64,000 bases of DNA, from assembly GCA_017994815.1 (NCBI GenBank), contig JAGOJY010000004.1, forward strand, positions 76,466 through 140,465. Direction: 5' to 3'. Source of the stretch: Acidobacteriota bacterium. Its GTDB lineage: Bacteria > Acidobacteriota > Polarisedimenticolia > J045. The translations under genes were made by a program, and so were the position numbers. This document shows, one piece after another, positions 18,336-27,607 of this stretch. How positions within the stretch are numbered: position 1 is the stretch's first letter; each line of letters opens with the position of its first letter. The notes under the pieces are model-generated. The model searched no databases, was not told the origin of the DNA, and saw nothing but the letters and a program-made list of their open reading frames with translations.

Positions 18336-19769
18336 TCAGAATCGGTTGCTGGCGTAACCCCGCTCACGCCAGCCCTGGACGTGATTGCGCGCGCGCCGGA
18401 TGATCTTCGCTTGGTGCTGGAATCCCGCCTGCATGGCCACCTGGAGTGCGCGATCCAGCGTATCCACGGCGGCAGTGATGTCCCGGTCCAGGTGCCAGCG
18501 TGCCAGAGCCGCGGCGCGAAGAGCGGCACTCCGAAAGCGCGTCTCCATCTCCTTCTGTTCCAGCGCGGCGAGGAGGTGATCGAGCGCTCGCCCATACTGG
18601 CCGGTCTTGCGAAGGGCGTCGCCGTAAACTACATGCTTCCCGTGCGCGCTGCCTTCACTCCCGGCCGCCTTCAAGATCATGGACTCGCTCGCTGCGGGAA
18701 GTACGCTACGTCCGCCAGCGAGGACTTCCTCGCGTAGGGCACGAGCACGCACGAGTTCCCGTTCGCCCGCCTCACTCCGTATGTTACGCAGGAGCTCGAT
18801 CGCGTGGTCGAGACGCGTCAAGCGGTCCTCGTCTGCTGCGGCCGTTTCCAGTTGATCAGCCACGCATACCGCGATGTAGTGCGCACGCGCTCTGGTGAGA
18901 TCCGCCTCAGGCTGACCCAGCCCGCTCTGTTTGAGGCTCCGGAAGATGTCCGTCACCACGGCTGACGAGAGCTGAGGTCGGCCGATCTGCATTTCGATCC
19001 GTGCGCGCGCGAGCAGGAGGCCGTACCACACCGGATCGGCACGCTTCTGTTCACTTCCGAAATACCGGTCGATGGCGCCGTCGAGAAGAAGCTGGGCCGT
19101 GACCCACTGGTCCTCCGCGCACAATTTGCGCGCCCGTCCCACGCATTCCCCAACGTCACCTTCCCGCATCGCGATCTTGCGGGCGACATGATCGACGTAC
19201 TGCGTCGCGCGGTCCTCGTCCTCGACACGAATGTCGTCGGCGACGATCCACCACGGCCCGCTGGCGCGGGCCACGTGTCGGTAGTTGCGCATCTCGTCCC
19301 AGCGCAGCAGATCACCGGGGTGTGCGTTGAGGTTTCGCTTCAGCCACTGCTCGAAGGCCCATTCTGTCTGGCCGAGGCGCTCACGAATCCGCACCGCCTG
19401 GGACGGGGATCGCGGGTGGTGCGCCTGCTCCTTGATCACGAGGAGCAGAAACGCCACGTGGTGTTCCGTGAAGCGTTCGCCGATCAGCCCGAGCCGAGGT
19501 GGCAGCTTGGGCGGGAACGGCCCGAGGCGAAGGCGCTCCACGTCCTCGCCCGGAAACTGCCAGGAGATCACGGCCGACGACTCGAACGCGCGACGGGCGG
19601 TCCGTCGCGCCTTAACCCGCGCTGCGGTCCTAGCGCCTACGGGAGTCACCGCAGCCATATCCGGTGCGTCGTCTTCGATCCGAATCCGAAAAAGAGAAGC
19701 CTGTGGCTTCTGCATTGCTTTCTCTACCCCGGTTGTCCGAACCGTAGCCTGACGCGCACCTGCTGACAA
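18336..19769 (-). CDS. Hypothetical alpha-helical protein (477 aa)
   Basis: Long ORF with no recognisable motifs. Start may instead be at MQKPQ (19718). Confidence 0.45.
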   Translation of the reverse strand: MSAGARQATVRTTGVEKAMQKPQASLFRIRIEDDAPDMAAVTPVGARTAARVKARRTARRAFESSAVISWQFPGEDVERLRLGPFPPKLPPRLGLIGERFTEHHVAFLLLVIKEQAHHPRSPSQAVRIRERLGQTEWAFEQWLKRNLNAHPGDLLRWDEMRNYRHVARASGPWWIVADDIRVEDEDRATQYVDHVARKIAMREGDVGECVGRARKLCAEDQWVTAQLLLDGAIDRYFGSEQKRADPVWYGLLLARARIEMQIGRPQLSSAVVTDIFRSLKQSGLGQPEADLTRARAHYIAVCVADQLETAAADEDRLTRLDHAIELLRNIRSEAGERELVRARALREEVLAGGRSVLPAASESMILKAAGSEGSAHGKHVVYGDALRKTGQYGRALDHLLAALEQKEMETRFRSAALRAAALARWHLDRDITAAVDTLDRALQVAMQAGFQHQAKIIRRARNHVQGWRERGYASNRF

Positions 19770-20035
19770 CCATTGCCCGCAGAACGCAGCCGCGGGTTGG
19801 TGGTGGAGCGGGGAGTGTTAGCGCACTCCCCTCGGCAGGCAACGGTTATCTGCCACCCACCGACCCACAGGAGGTAGAGCTCCATGTGGGCGCTCCATGT
19901 AGTCGCGCCACTCGTCCAGTCGTTGCGCCAGAGTTTCGCGCGGATCTGCGCGCACACCTTGTCTGACGCCCCGCCACGACATTTCTGTCACACCACTTCA
20001 ACCACACGGCGCACGACGCGCCACTGGGAGGCTCG

Positions 20036-21676
20036 ATGACCGCGAGACCTACGTCGCCCTCGCCAACGGAGGGTGGGCGCGCCGAACGACCGGCACGTCC
20101 GCACCTCGGCAGTACCCGCCGTGCTGACGACCCGGGTGATGGTCTGGAACCGCCGGACGGTGATCCGCCTGATGACCCCGTCTGGTTCGATCGCGAACAC
20201 CAGCAGGTGCTGCTACGGATCGAGAGCTGCGACACCCGTCGCGACCAGGAACGGGCCGCCCGAATCGCGAGCGCGGAGCAGACCGAGCGCATCCAGGAAC
20301 TGAACGCGGAAGAGGCAGGACTCGGGAGTGACGAGCACCTGCGGCGCATCGCCGAGAGTTCCTGGTTCCCCCATCTCCGCGCGATCCGGCGCGGCGCGAA
20401 CCTATGCTGGTGGTTCGACATGTTGCTCTGGATGGCGTTGGCAGTGAGCCTGTGGTTCTACTGCCGGCAGCTGGTTCAGGCCGACGACGGGTCGACGCCA
20501 GCGCTCCTCTACCTCGCCGGCCTCGTCCTGGTACCCCTCTTCGCGTCGGTCTGCGCGCGGGCGACGAAGGGTATGGGGCAGCAGGTCGCCGTTAGCCGTT
20601 TGACCGACGCGACGAACATCGAGCACACGATCGACCGGCAGGTACGGGTGGCTGGGTCGTGCGCCGTCTTCGGCCTCGCCTGCCTCTTGGTACTCCTCAT
20701 CTCCTTCCTCTTCACGATTCCCGGGGGCGTCGGGGTCGTTCAGGCGGTGAGCACGATCGTGACCATCGGGGCGAACGTCACCTTTGGTCTCGCGGCCGGG
20801 ATCGGTAGCAATGCAGCTGGGATCCTCGAGAAGCCGAGCCGGCGAGAGACGATTCGTTGCCGTATCGAGATGAAGAAGAACCTGCGCGATCGGCTCTCGA
20901 AGTTTTTCAGCGTTCTTGCCGTTATCGCCAGCGGGCTGAGTGCGGCTCGAGGTGCCGAGCCGGCACCCGTCTGGGTCTGGCTGGTCGGCACGACCGACCT
21001 CGAGCCGATCCAACGCCGCGCAGCGTTGGATGCCCTGGTCCGGAGTGCCACCACACGTGCGCGCCAGTTGAACGTCGGTGCCATTCAGGTCGTGACCATC
21101 ACTGGCGAGGACATCCTCTCGAACATGCGGTGGGTAGTGGTTCCTCGGCAGGCCTACTTCGAGGACTGCGCCAAAGCGCGGCCCGCGACGGCGATTGGGA
21201 AGACCTGGACGCAGTGGTCTCCGGCCGTCGTCGCAGAGCACCGCGCCCAGGCGGTTGCCGCGTGCACTGCGCGTGTACGCGAACAACGATCCCAGGCCCT
21301 CGCCGAGGAGCAGGGATTCCGCAACGCTCTCTGGTCCGCGGTGTCCGCCACGCCTCGCGCGAACGCAACCCGTATCGTCCCACTCCTGAACCTCGTGCTG
21401 TCCCGCCCGGGAACACGCGCGGTCGACATCGTGAGTACCGGTGTCGACCAGAGTGGTTTGCCCCTCATGTCCCTGAGCGTGCCGGCGACAACTCGCGTCA
21501 CACTCATCCTCACCCGTCCGGACCCGCGACACCGTCCCTACCTTTGGGACGTGCTCCAGGCCGGTAAGGCGTGGTCACGCGTGAAAGGCGTCGTCGTAGT
21601 CGGTGCCGAGGAGTACGCCGGGGTCTGGCCGGTTCTAAACGCTGGCTCGCTTTCACGCAACACGGGGAGCGAGTAG
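20036..21676 (+). CDS. Polytopic membrane protein, hypothetical (546 aa)
   Basis: Several hydrophobic helices (WWFDMLLWMALAVSLWF, LYLAGLVLVPLFASV, CAVFGLACLLVLLISFLF). First gene of a tightly overlapping operon. Confidence 0.5.
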   Translation: MTARPTSPSPTEGGRAERPARPHLGSTRRADDPGDGLEPPDGDPPDDPVWFDREHQQVLLRIESCDTRRDQERAARIASAEQTERIQELNAEEAGLGSDEHLRRIAESSWFPHLRAIRRGANLCWWFDMLLWMALAVSLWFYCRQLVQADDGSTPALLYLAGLVLVPLFASVCARATKGMGQQVAVSRLTDATNIEHTIDRQVRVAGSCAVFGLACLLVLLISFLFTIPGGVGVVQAVSTIVTIGANVTFGLAAGIGSNAAGILEKPSRRETIRCRIEMKKNLRDRLSKFFSVLAVIASGLSAARGAEPAPVWVWLVGTTDLEPIQRRAALDALVRSATTRARQLNVGAIQVVTITGEDILSNMRWVVVPRQAYFEDCAKARPATAIGKTWTQWSPAVVAEHRAQAVAACTARVREQRSQALAEEQGFRNALWSAVSATPRANATRIVPLLNLVLSRPGTRAVDIVSTGVDQSGLPLMSLSVPATTRVTLILTRPDPRHRPYLWDVLQAGKAWSRVKGVVVVGAEEYAGVWPVLNAGSLSRNTGSE

Positions 21677-21679
21677 CCG

Positions 21680-21964
21680 ATGGACGACCTGAAGCGTGCT
21701 GCGATCGGGCTGCTCCTCATGCTGCTGCTTCTGGGGTTCTCCTGGGGACTCTTGAAGGGACAGCTGGCCGCCCTTCACACCAGTCCCGGCAAGCTCGCAA
21801 AGCTGACGGCTCGATACCTCGCCGGGGCCGCGCGGGTGGCGTTCCGACTCGTGCGCTGGCCCCTCTCCTACGTCGGCCTTGCGGGCCGTCAACTTCGTCG
21901 CCTGCCGTTCAAGACTACCTTCACCGACCGAGGTCGCGCGCGATCGGTCGGCTTCGAGGACTGA
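21680..21964 (+). CDS. Small membrane protein, hypothetical
   Basis: TM helix AAIGLLLMLLLLGFSWGLL. Starts 4 nt after the stop of the previous gene. Confidence 0.4.
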   Translation: MDDLKRAAIGLLLMLLLLGFSWGLLKGQLAALHTSPGKLAKLTARYLAGAARVAFRLVRWPLSYVGLAGRQLRRLPFKTTFTDRGRARSVGFED

Positions 21965-21966
21965 CC

Positions 21967-22476
21967 ATGCGGCTTGCGCAGTTTCAGATTCTCGACCAGT
22001 GGCACCTGCTGGTTCGTGCCGCTGGCCACAAGGGAGCAAGGTTTGTCATTGCCCTCGAGCGAGCACTGGCGGCGGCCGCTCTGCCCGGCATTGAGTGGCA
22101 TGAAGCGAGCATCGCCGCCGGTTTCCTGAAGAGCCTTCGGGGCAAACGTCGTGATGTCCTCGTCATCACTACGCGGGCGTTCCCCGAACACCGCGTGCTC
22201 GTGAGTCACTATCCCTACGGAACGGCGCTCGGCGTGGGCCGATTCGTGGTCGTGAGACCGCGCATCGGGCGAGATGCCCGACGACTCCTGTCCATCCCGC
22301 GGCACGGTACGAGTTGGCACGAGGTGGGCTCAGAGCACGACGTGTTCGAGTGCATGGATCTTGCCGCCGCCATCGCCGTCGTGGACAACGCCGTGAACGT
22401 TGCGGTCGGCGTGCTCAAGCAACCCGAGAGTGAAGGAACGGGTGAGTCGGGCACGTCGAGCGCGGACGTGTTGTGA
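21967..22476 (+). CDS. Hypothetical protein (169 aa)
   Basis: Internal ATG of ORF 21571..22476, chosen because it follows the previous stop by 3 nt. Overlaps the next start. Confidence 0.4.
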   Translation: MRLAQFQILDQWHLLVRAAGHKGARFVIALERALAAAALPGIEWHEASIAAGFLKSLRGKRRDVLVITTRAFPEHRVLVSHYPYGTALGVGRFVVVRPRIGRDARRLLSIPRHGTSWHEVGSEHDVFECMDLAAAIAVVDNAVNVAVGVLKQPESEGTGESGTSSADVL

Positions 22477-24536
22477 TTACGCTCCTGGTTCTGGCAGGCC
22501 TCGCTCTCGGCGGGGCCTGCCTCGTCTATGTCTACTTTGCGCAGCAACGACAGGATCAGGGCCGACGCCAGCGCGAACGCGCGACATGGCTTGCGCACGA
22601 CCGGGCAGCCAAGGCGACGAGCGCAGTCGAACGCGTCGCCCGCTTTTACCCGTTCCTGCTGAGAGAGCTCGAGGCGGTAAGCGTCGCGACAGAGAAGTCT
22701 GGCACAGCAGTTCGTGATCTTCTGCAGTCGCTTCCCGGGATCTCGATCGGTGTCGGGCCCCACGACATTCCCGCCGTGCTGGCCCACAGCCGGAGACCGT
22801 CGCACGTCCTCCTCCTGGCTCGCTCCGGTGGCGGCAAGACCGTTCTCTTGACCCGGGTGCTCGCTCATGACCTAGGGCACACCAGTGTCGTCGTGATCGG
22901 CGCTGAGCGAGATGCATTTCGCCGGTTGGTCCTGCCGTTTGTTCCGCCAGCGCGGGCAAAGGACACCGTGTACTGGGCGCTCGGGGACGAAGCGTGCCCC
23001 GTCGGACTGAACGCTTGTGACGTTCCGGCCGGTGCTTCGCCGGCCCGATACGCCGGGGACCTCTACCACATCTGGAAGCAGGGTTCGGAAGAAGACTCCA
23101 TAGGCGGTCGCAGCGACGCGATCGTCTGGAACACGCTCGCGGTACTCGTTGCCGCCCCCGGCACCTCGTTCCTCTCGATCCGCCCCATACTTGAAGACGC
23201 CTCGTTCCGTGCGGGCCTGCTTGAGCACGTCACCGATTCCGAGGTTCGGAACTACTGGACCAGTTCTTTTCCCCGTCTGCCCGCAAGCGCCATTCAGCCG
23301 TTCCTGAACCGCGTGACACGGATCCTGAGTCCGGCTATTCGCCGCGCGTTCTGTGCGGAGCAGAACACGTTCTCGCTGCGGGGCGTACTCGACTCCGGCG
23401 TACTGCTCGTGGACACCTCGGGCTTGCCGCCGGACGAACGACGCCTCGCTGCCCAGCTCGTTCTCGCGATGATCCAACTCTGCATCGAACAGCGCGACGA
23501 GATCGATGAAGGCGCTCGGCCCCGGACGCATCTGTTCATCGACGAATTTTCCACGCTGGCCGGAACGTCCGAGCATACGTGGCGCGAGTTGTTCTCCCGC
23601 TCGCGTCGCATGGGTCTCGGTCTGTTCTTGACCTTGCAGCACACCGCGGCCTTGCCTACGGCAATTCGAGCGGAGCTCCTGACCAATAGTTCCACGCTGA
23701 TCGCCTTGCCGTTGGGCGCGAAAGACGCAGCCCTCCTCAATCGCGAGTTCTTGGTGCCGTCTACGACGGGCGGAACGGCGGCGATTCCGTCAGCGAGGCT
23801 CATAGACAGCGGTGTGGGGTCGGGCTATCTGCGCACGGCGCCCGGCGCGGTGGCCATGCCCGTCCGATTCCACCCACCCCTGGCAGAGCGCCCAATAGCG
23901 GACGGCGAGCGCATCAAGTCGGTGTCGTGGAAGACACATGGAGCATCGAGGCCGCCTGAGGCGGGGCCACCGCCTGTTATGGCGCGATCCGCTCCATGCC
24001 CCCCTGCCGAGCCTCCGCTGAGTGGATTGCCCGGCCGCGGCGGCTCTCAGCACAAGTTCCTCCAGCAATTCGTTGCTCAGGTGGGGTCAGAGCGCGGGTT
24101 TCGCTCAGACCTAGAACTCTCGATCCTCGCCGGCACCGGACGAGTAGATGTTGCCCTCATGCGTGACGATCTCCGGATTGCCGTTGAGATCGCGATCACC
24201 ATGACTCCTGAGCGGGTCGCAGCATCCGTAACGAAGTCACTCGCGGCGGGATTCGACCGCGTCGTTGTCCTTGCGCCAGACCAGAACCTACGGCGACGAA
24301 TTGAGCCAGAGCTCGCAGCAGCGCTCGGCAGTAAGGAACGTGAGCGAGTCCACGTCGGTGGCGCCGAGACGCTCGTTGCCCTGTTAGACGAAGTCCAAAC
24401 ACCGACATCGTCCGATCAACCCGCCGGGTACCGCCTCTCGGTTCGACAGGTGGAGGTTCCCCCAGTTCGAGCTACGGCAAACCGCGCGACGCTCGCCCGA
24501 ATCGTTGGTGACGCGCTTCTACGGAGGACGCAATGA
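22473..24536 (+). CDS. Membrane-anchored FtsK/TraD-like (T4CP-like) ATPase with extra C-terminal domain (687 aa)
   Basis: N-terminal TM MITLLVLAGLALGGACLVYVYF, Walker A ARSGGGKT and Walker B LFIDEFSTLAG. ~200-aa C-terminal domain of unknown function. Confidence 0.7.
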   Translation: MITLLVLAGLALGGACLVYVYFAQQRQDQGRRQRERATWLAHDRAAKATSAVERVARFYPFLLRELEAVSVATEKSGTAVRDLLQSLPGISIGVGPHDIPAVLAHSRRPSHVLLLARSGGGKTVLLTRVLAHDLGHTSVVVIGAERDAFRRLVLPFVPPARAKDTVYWALGDEACPVGLNACDVPAGASPARYAGDLYHIWKQGSEEDSIGGRSDAIVWNTLAVLVAAPGTSFLSIRPILEDASFRAGLLEHVTDSEVRNYWTSSFPRLPASAIQPFLNRVTRILSPAIRRAFCAEQNTFSLRGVLDSGVLLVDTSGLPPDERRLAAQLVLAMIQLCIEQRDEIDEGARPRTHLFIDEFSTLAGTSEHTWRELFSRSRRMGLGLFLTLQHTAALPTAIRAELLTNSSTLIALPLGAKDAALLNREFLVPSTTGGTAAIPSARLIDSGVGSGYLRTAPGAVAMPVRFHPPLAERPIADGERIKSVSWKTHGASRPPEAGPPPVMARSAPCPPAEPPLSGLPGRGGSQHKFLQQFVAQVGSERGFRSDLELSILAGTGRVDVALMRDDLRIAVEIAITMTPERVAASVTKSLAAGFDRVVVLAPDQNLRRRIEPELAAALGSKERERVHVGGAETLVALLDEVQTPTSSDQPAGYRLSVRQVEVPPVRATANRATLARIVGDALLRRTQ

Positions 24537-25513
24537 GCGGCCCGGTCCCGTTCGGGCTCCGGCGTGAGCGCGGCACACTCGTGGCTGAACCCGCCGAGGC
24601 GGGCCTCGTCCGCGCCCTGGTTGGGGAATTCCTAGCAACGGGACGAATGAAGTCAGTTGCCGCGACGTTGAATCAACATGGGTTTCGGACCAGACGCGGC
24701 CGGCCGTGGAGTGACATGGCGGTTGCGCGAGCACTCCAGACGATTTGCGTTCACAACCTCGTGGACGAAGGACTTCGTGCCCGTTGCGCTGCCCTGCTCG
24801 AGGCCCACCGTCAAGGCGCGCCCGCTCGGCGCGCGGTGCACCCCTTGGGCGGCGTGGTCGCCTGCGGCACGTGCAGCGGGAGGATGTACCTCTTCGGCTC
24901 GGGTCCAACCGGCAAGTTCATCTGCCGATCCTGCCGAACGAAGATTCCCGCGCCGACACTAGAGCAGGTCTTCGTGGCAAGTCTCGCCTCGATTTCGATC
25001 ACACCCGAAGAGGTCTGCGCGGCATGTGGGGATCAGGAGCGACCCCTCGACCTGCCTCCCCGCGGTCTTGCTGTAGCGGAGATCTGGCCGGCGCTTGGCC
25101 TCGACGATCGACGGCAACTCGTTGACGCGGTCGTGTCCGAGGTGGTGGTCGCAGACAACGAGATCACGGTTTCCTTCGCATTGACCGCGGCGTCATCGGC
25201 GCCCAGCAGCGACGGCCCGCCCGTCCCGTCGCCTTCTTCTCGCAGTTGTACGTCCTCCAAGAAGAAGCCAACGAAACAGCGCAACACAAAGGCTGACCGT
25301 TCGGCCGCACCCGAGGAAAGCGCGGGGCCGTTGGTCACCGTGGAGGAAGCGGCGGCGCTCCTCCGCACGAGTCCGAAGGCGATTTACGCCATGGCCGAAC
25401 GCGGACAGCTCGGTGGCGTGGTGCGCGTGGGACGCCGCCTGCTCTTCTCGCGGGAGCAGCTGCTACACTCACTCACCGGAAGTCGTGCGCCATCGCCTGA
25501 GGAGACCAGGTGA
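24533..25513 (+). CDS. Serine-recombinase-derived protein lacking catalytic domain (recombinase domain + Cys4 ribbon) fused to C-terminal excisionase/AlpA-type HTH
   Basis: N-terminus PFGLRRERGTLVAEPAEAGLVRALVGEF is a recombinase domain. CGTCSG...CRSC is a zinc ribbon. C-terminus LVTVEEAAALLRTSPKAIYAMAERGQL is an Xis/AlpA-like HTH. Overlaps both neighbours. Confidence 0.55.
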   Translation: MSGPVPFGLRRERGTLVAEPAEAGLVRALVGEFLATGRMKSVAATLNQHGFRTRRGRPWSDMAVARALQTICVHNLVDEGLRARCAALLEAHRQGAPARRAVHPLGGVVACGTCSGRMYLFGSGPTGKFICRSCRTKIPAPTLEQVFVASLASISITPEEVCAACGDQERPLDLPPRGLAVAEIWPALGLDDRRQLVDAVVSEVVVADNEITVSFALTAASSAPSSDGPPVPSPSSRSCTSSKKKPTKQRNTKADRSAAPEESAGPLVTVEEAAALLRTSPKAIYAMAERGQLGGVVRVGRRLLFSREQLLHSLTGSRAPSPEETR

Positions 25514-26643
25514 TGAGCGTCAGAGTCAGACCGTACCGACGAGGCGGCTTCGAAGTGGACATCCTCGCGCTCCTGCCCGACGGAACCCGGATTCGAGATC
25601 GGCGCCGAGCGCCGGTCGCGAGCCGATCCGCGGCCCTTCGCTGGGGCCAGGCGCGCGAACGGGAACTCATCCGCAACGGTCGCCCGAAACAACGAGAGGA
25701 GGTGCCAACGCTCGCAGATTTCGCTCCGCGTTTTCTCGACGGCTACGCGCGAGCGAATCGGCAGAAGCCCAGCGGCATCGCGGCGAAGGAGACTGCGCTC
25801 CGGGTCCACCTGATTCCTGCTCTGGGCAACAAGCCGTTGGACCGGATCGGCAACGAGGACGTACAGCGCGTCAAGACGGCTCTCTCGGACCGATCCCCAA
25901 AGACGGTGAACAACGTGCTCACGGTCCTCAACACGTTGCTCAAAGTAGCCGTCGAGTGGGGAATCGTTGAACGAATGCCCTGCACCGTCCGCCTGCTACG
26001 CGTGACCCAAGGCCGTGCGGGCTTTCACGATTTCCACGAGTACGAGCGGCTCATCGAGGCGGCTCGGGCGGTCGACAGCAATGCCTTAGTCGTGGTGCTG
26101 CTGGGTGGCGAAGCCGGGCTCCGCTGTGGCGAGATGATGGCCCTCGAGTGGACCGACGTGGACACGACCCGGCGTCAGCTGCAGGTAGAGCGCTCCGAGT
26201 GGAAGGGCAAGGTCACGGTCCCGAAGGGCGGCCGGTCTCGCATCGTGCCGATGACCTCGCGCCTTGCAGCGGCACTCACCGCACACCGGCATCTCAGGGG
26301 ACCGCGCGTGTTGTGCCAACCGGACGGGCAATCGCTCACACAGAAGATGGTGCGGGTCTTGGTGCAGAAGGCCGCGCGCCGGGCCCAACTCAAGAACCAG
26401 AGCGTGCACATCCTGCGGCACACCTTCTGCTCGCACCTTGCGATGCGGGGAGCCCCCGCGCGCGCCATCCAAGAACTAGCCGGACACAAGGACCTGTCCA
26501 CGACGCAGCGCTACATGCACCTCTCCCCGGCAGCAATCGAGAGCGCTATTCGCCTCTTGGACAGGTCAACACAACACCGGGGCACTGGAGACGGTGTGGA
26601 GACGGGCTCTGCCGAGAAACACAACCAGAGCCCGCACAAGTAG
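25510..26643 (+). CDS. int: Tyrosine-type site-specific integrase
   Basis: C-terminal catalytic region HILRHTFCSHLA...TTQRYMHL carries the R-H-R-Y pattern. Ends 5 nt from the tmRNA 3' end. Confidence 0.9.
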   Translation: MMSVRVRPYRRGGFEVDILALLPDGTRIRDRRRAPVASRSAALRWGQARERELIRNGRPKQREEVPTLADFAPRFLDGYARANRQKPSGIAAKETALRVHLIPALGNKPLDRIGNEDVQRVKTALSDRSPKTVNNVLTVLNTLLKVAVEWGIVERMPCTVRLLRVTQGRAGFHDFHEYERLIEAARAVDSNALVVVLLGGEAGLRCGEMMALEWTDVDTTRRQLQVERSEWKGKVTVPKGGRSRIVPMTSRLAAALTAHRHLRGPRVLCQPDGQSLTQKMVRVLVQKAARRAQLKNQSVHILRHTFCSHLAMRGAPARAIQELAGHKDLSTTQRYMHLSPAAIESAIRLLDRSTQHRGTGDGVETGSAEKHNQSPHK

Positions 26644-26648
26644 TTAGG

Positions 26649-27005
26649 TGGTGGAGGCGGCGGGAATCGAACCCGCGTCCGAGGAAGGTCGGCAACAGGC
26701 TTCTACACGCTTAGCCGCTTCTTTTGGATCTCGCGTCGGCCGCACCGAAGGGCAGGTTCGGCGTCCGCCAGCCCTTTGATCTCGTCGCGCGCTGCCGGGC
26801 CGGCAACGCGGGACCAGCCCGCGTCCATTGACGTCCTGACTCCACCCCACGGGCGGGGCGAAGGGGACGGACCGCTTTTAGTTAAGCAGCCAGAGCAAGT
26901 TCAGTGTTGGCGCTTGTTTTAAGCGTCCCGTGGATTTACGAGGTACCGGGAACCCTCGGCGTGCCACCTGCGCTTTCCAGTCCCCGTCGAGTCCTGTTCG
27001 CCCCC
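26649..27005 (-). ncRNA. ssrA: tmRNA (ssrA), tag reading frame ANTELALAA
   Basis: 5' end GGGGGCGAACAGGACUCGACGGGG. 3' T-arm GCGGGUUCGAUUCCCGC followed by CGCCUCCACCA. Acceptor stem carries the G3:U pair. Internal ORF GCC AAC ACT GAA CTT GCT CTG GCT GCT TAA. Confidence 0.85.
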
Positions 27006-27067
27006 ACGAGTGACCAAGCGCGTCGTTATTGTGGGATCGGCCGGGGGGCGCGGCAAGGCCCGGCCGC

Positions 27068-27607
27068 TCAGCCCGGCGGCGCGGGCGGCGCGGCCAGCAG
27101 AGCGGTCAGCTCGTCGCGCTGAGCGGGATCGAGGTCCGGGCTGAAGTGGAGCACGGCCTCGCGGGTGTCGCTGGTCTCGAAGTAGGCGGAGCGGCAGTCG
27201 AGGTGGATGAAGCCGCCGGGGGTGAACCGGACCTCCTCGAAGTACGTCAGCCGGATGCGCCAGCTGCCGCGGGGGATCGGTTCGCGGCAGTGGCGGCACT
27301 TGGCCTGGCCGCCGGGGGCGCGCTCGGCGCCGTCGATGCGCGGCAGCCGCGGTGCGGCGGAGGCGGCATGGGCGGCGCGTTCCAAACTGTCGCGGTCGGG
27401 CACGTCCCCCGGCTGCGCGAGGAACTCGAGCAGCGATCCGGGCCGCTTGTACGCCGCGCAGAGCGGGTGGAACCACAGCGTGGTCTCGCCCTCTCCATAG
27501 GGGTTCGCGATGCGCTCGCCGAAGCGCAGTTCGCCGCGCCCGATCGGCCGCGTGCAGCCGCGGCAGCGCGAGCGCCCGGTGGTCGCCGGCTCGAGGACGT
27601 GCGTCAC
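27068..27607 (-). CDS. PARP-type zinc-finger protein (two zf-PARP-like repeats)
   Basis: CRGCTRPIGRGELRFG...WFHPLC and CRHCREPIPRGSWRIRL...FIHLDC. GTG start overlaps the MFS stop (GTGA). The Arg-rich upstream part of the 732-aa track ORF was discarded. Confidence 0.55.
   Translation of the reverse strand: MTHVLEPATTGRSRCRGCTRPIGRGELRFGERIANPYGEGETTLWFHPLCAAYKRPGSLLEFLAQPGDVPDRDSLERAAHAASAAPRLPRIDGAERAPGGQAKCRHCREPIPRGSWRIRLTYFEEVRFTPGGFIHLDCRSAYFETSDTREAVLHFSPDLDPAQRDELTALLAAPPAPPG

Larger units (their letters stand above)
1..26648. mobile_element. Integrative genomic island (possibly composite/mobilizable) inserted at the ssrA 3' end; left boundary not in window
   Basis: Integrase abuts the tmRNA 3' end. 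The region carries two recombinases, a TA pair, a primase, T4CP-like ATPases, a toxin cassette and patches of lower GC. Confidence 0.6.

Noticed and set aside
26649-27005. tRNA gene at the integrase junction
   Set aside because: The T-arm and CCA end are followed by ~360 nt with a GGGGGCG...GACGGGG 5' end and an ANTELALAA tag frame, so it is tmRNA, not tRNA.
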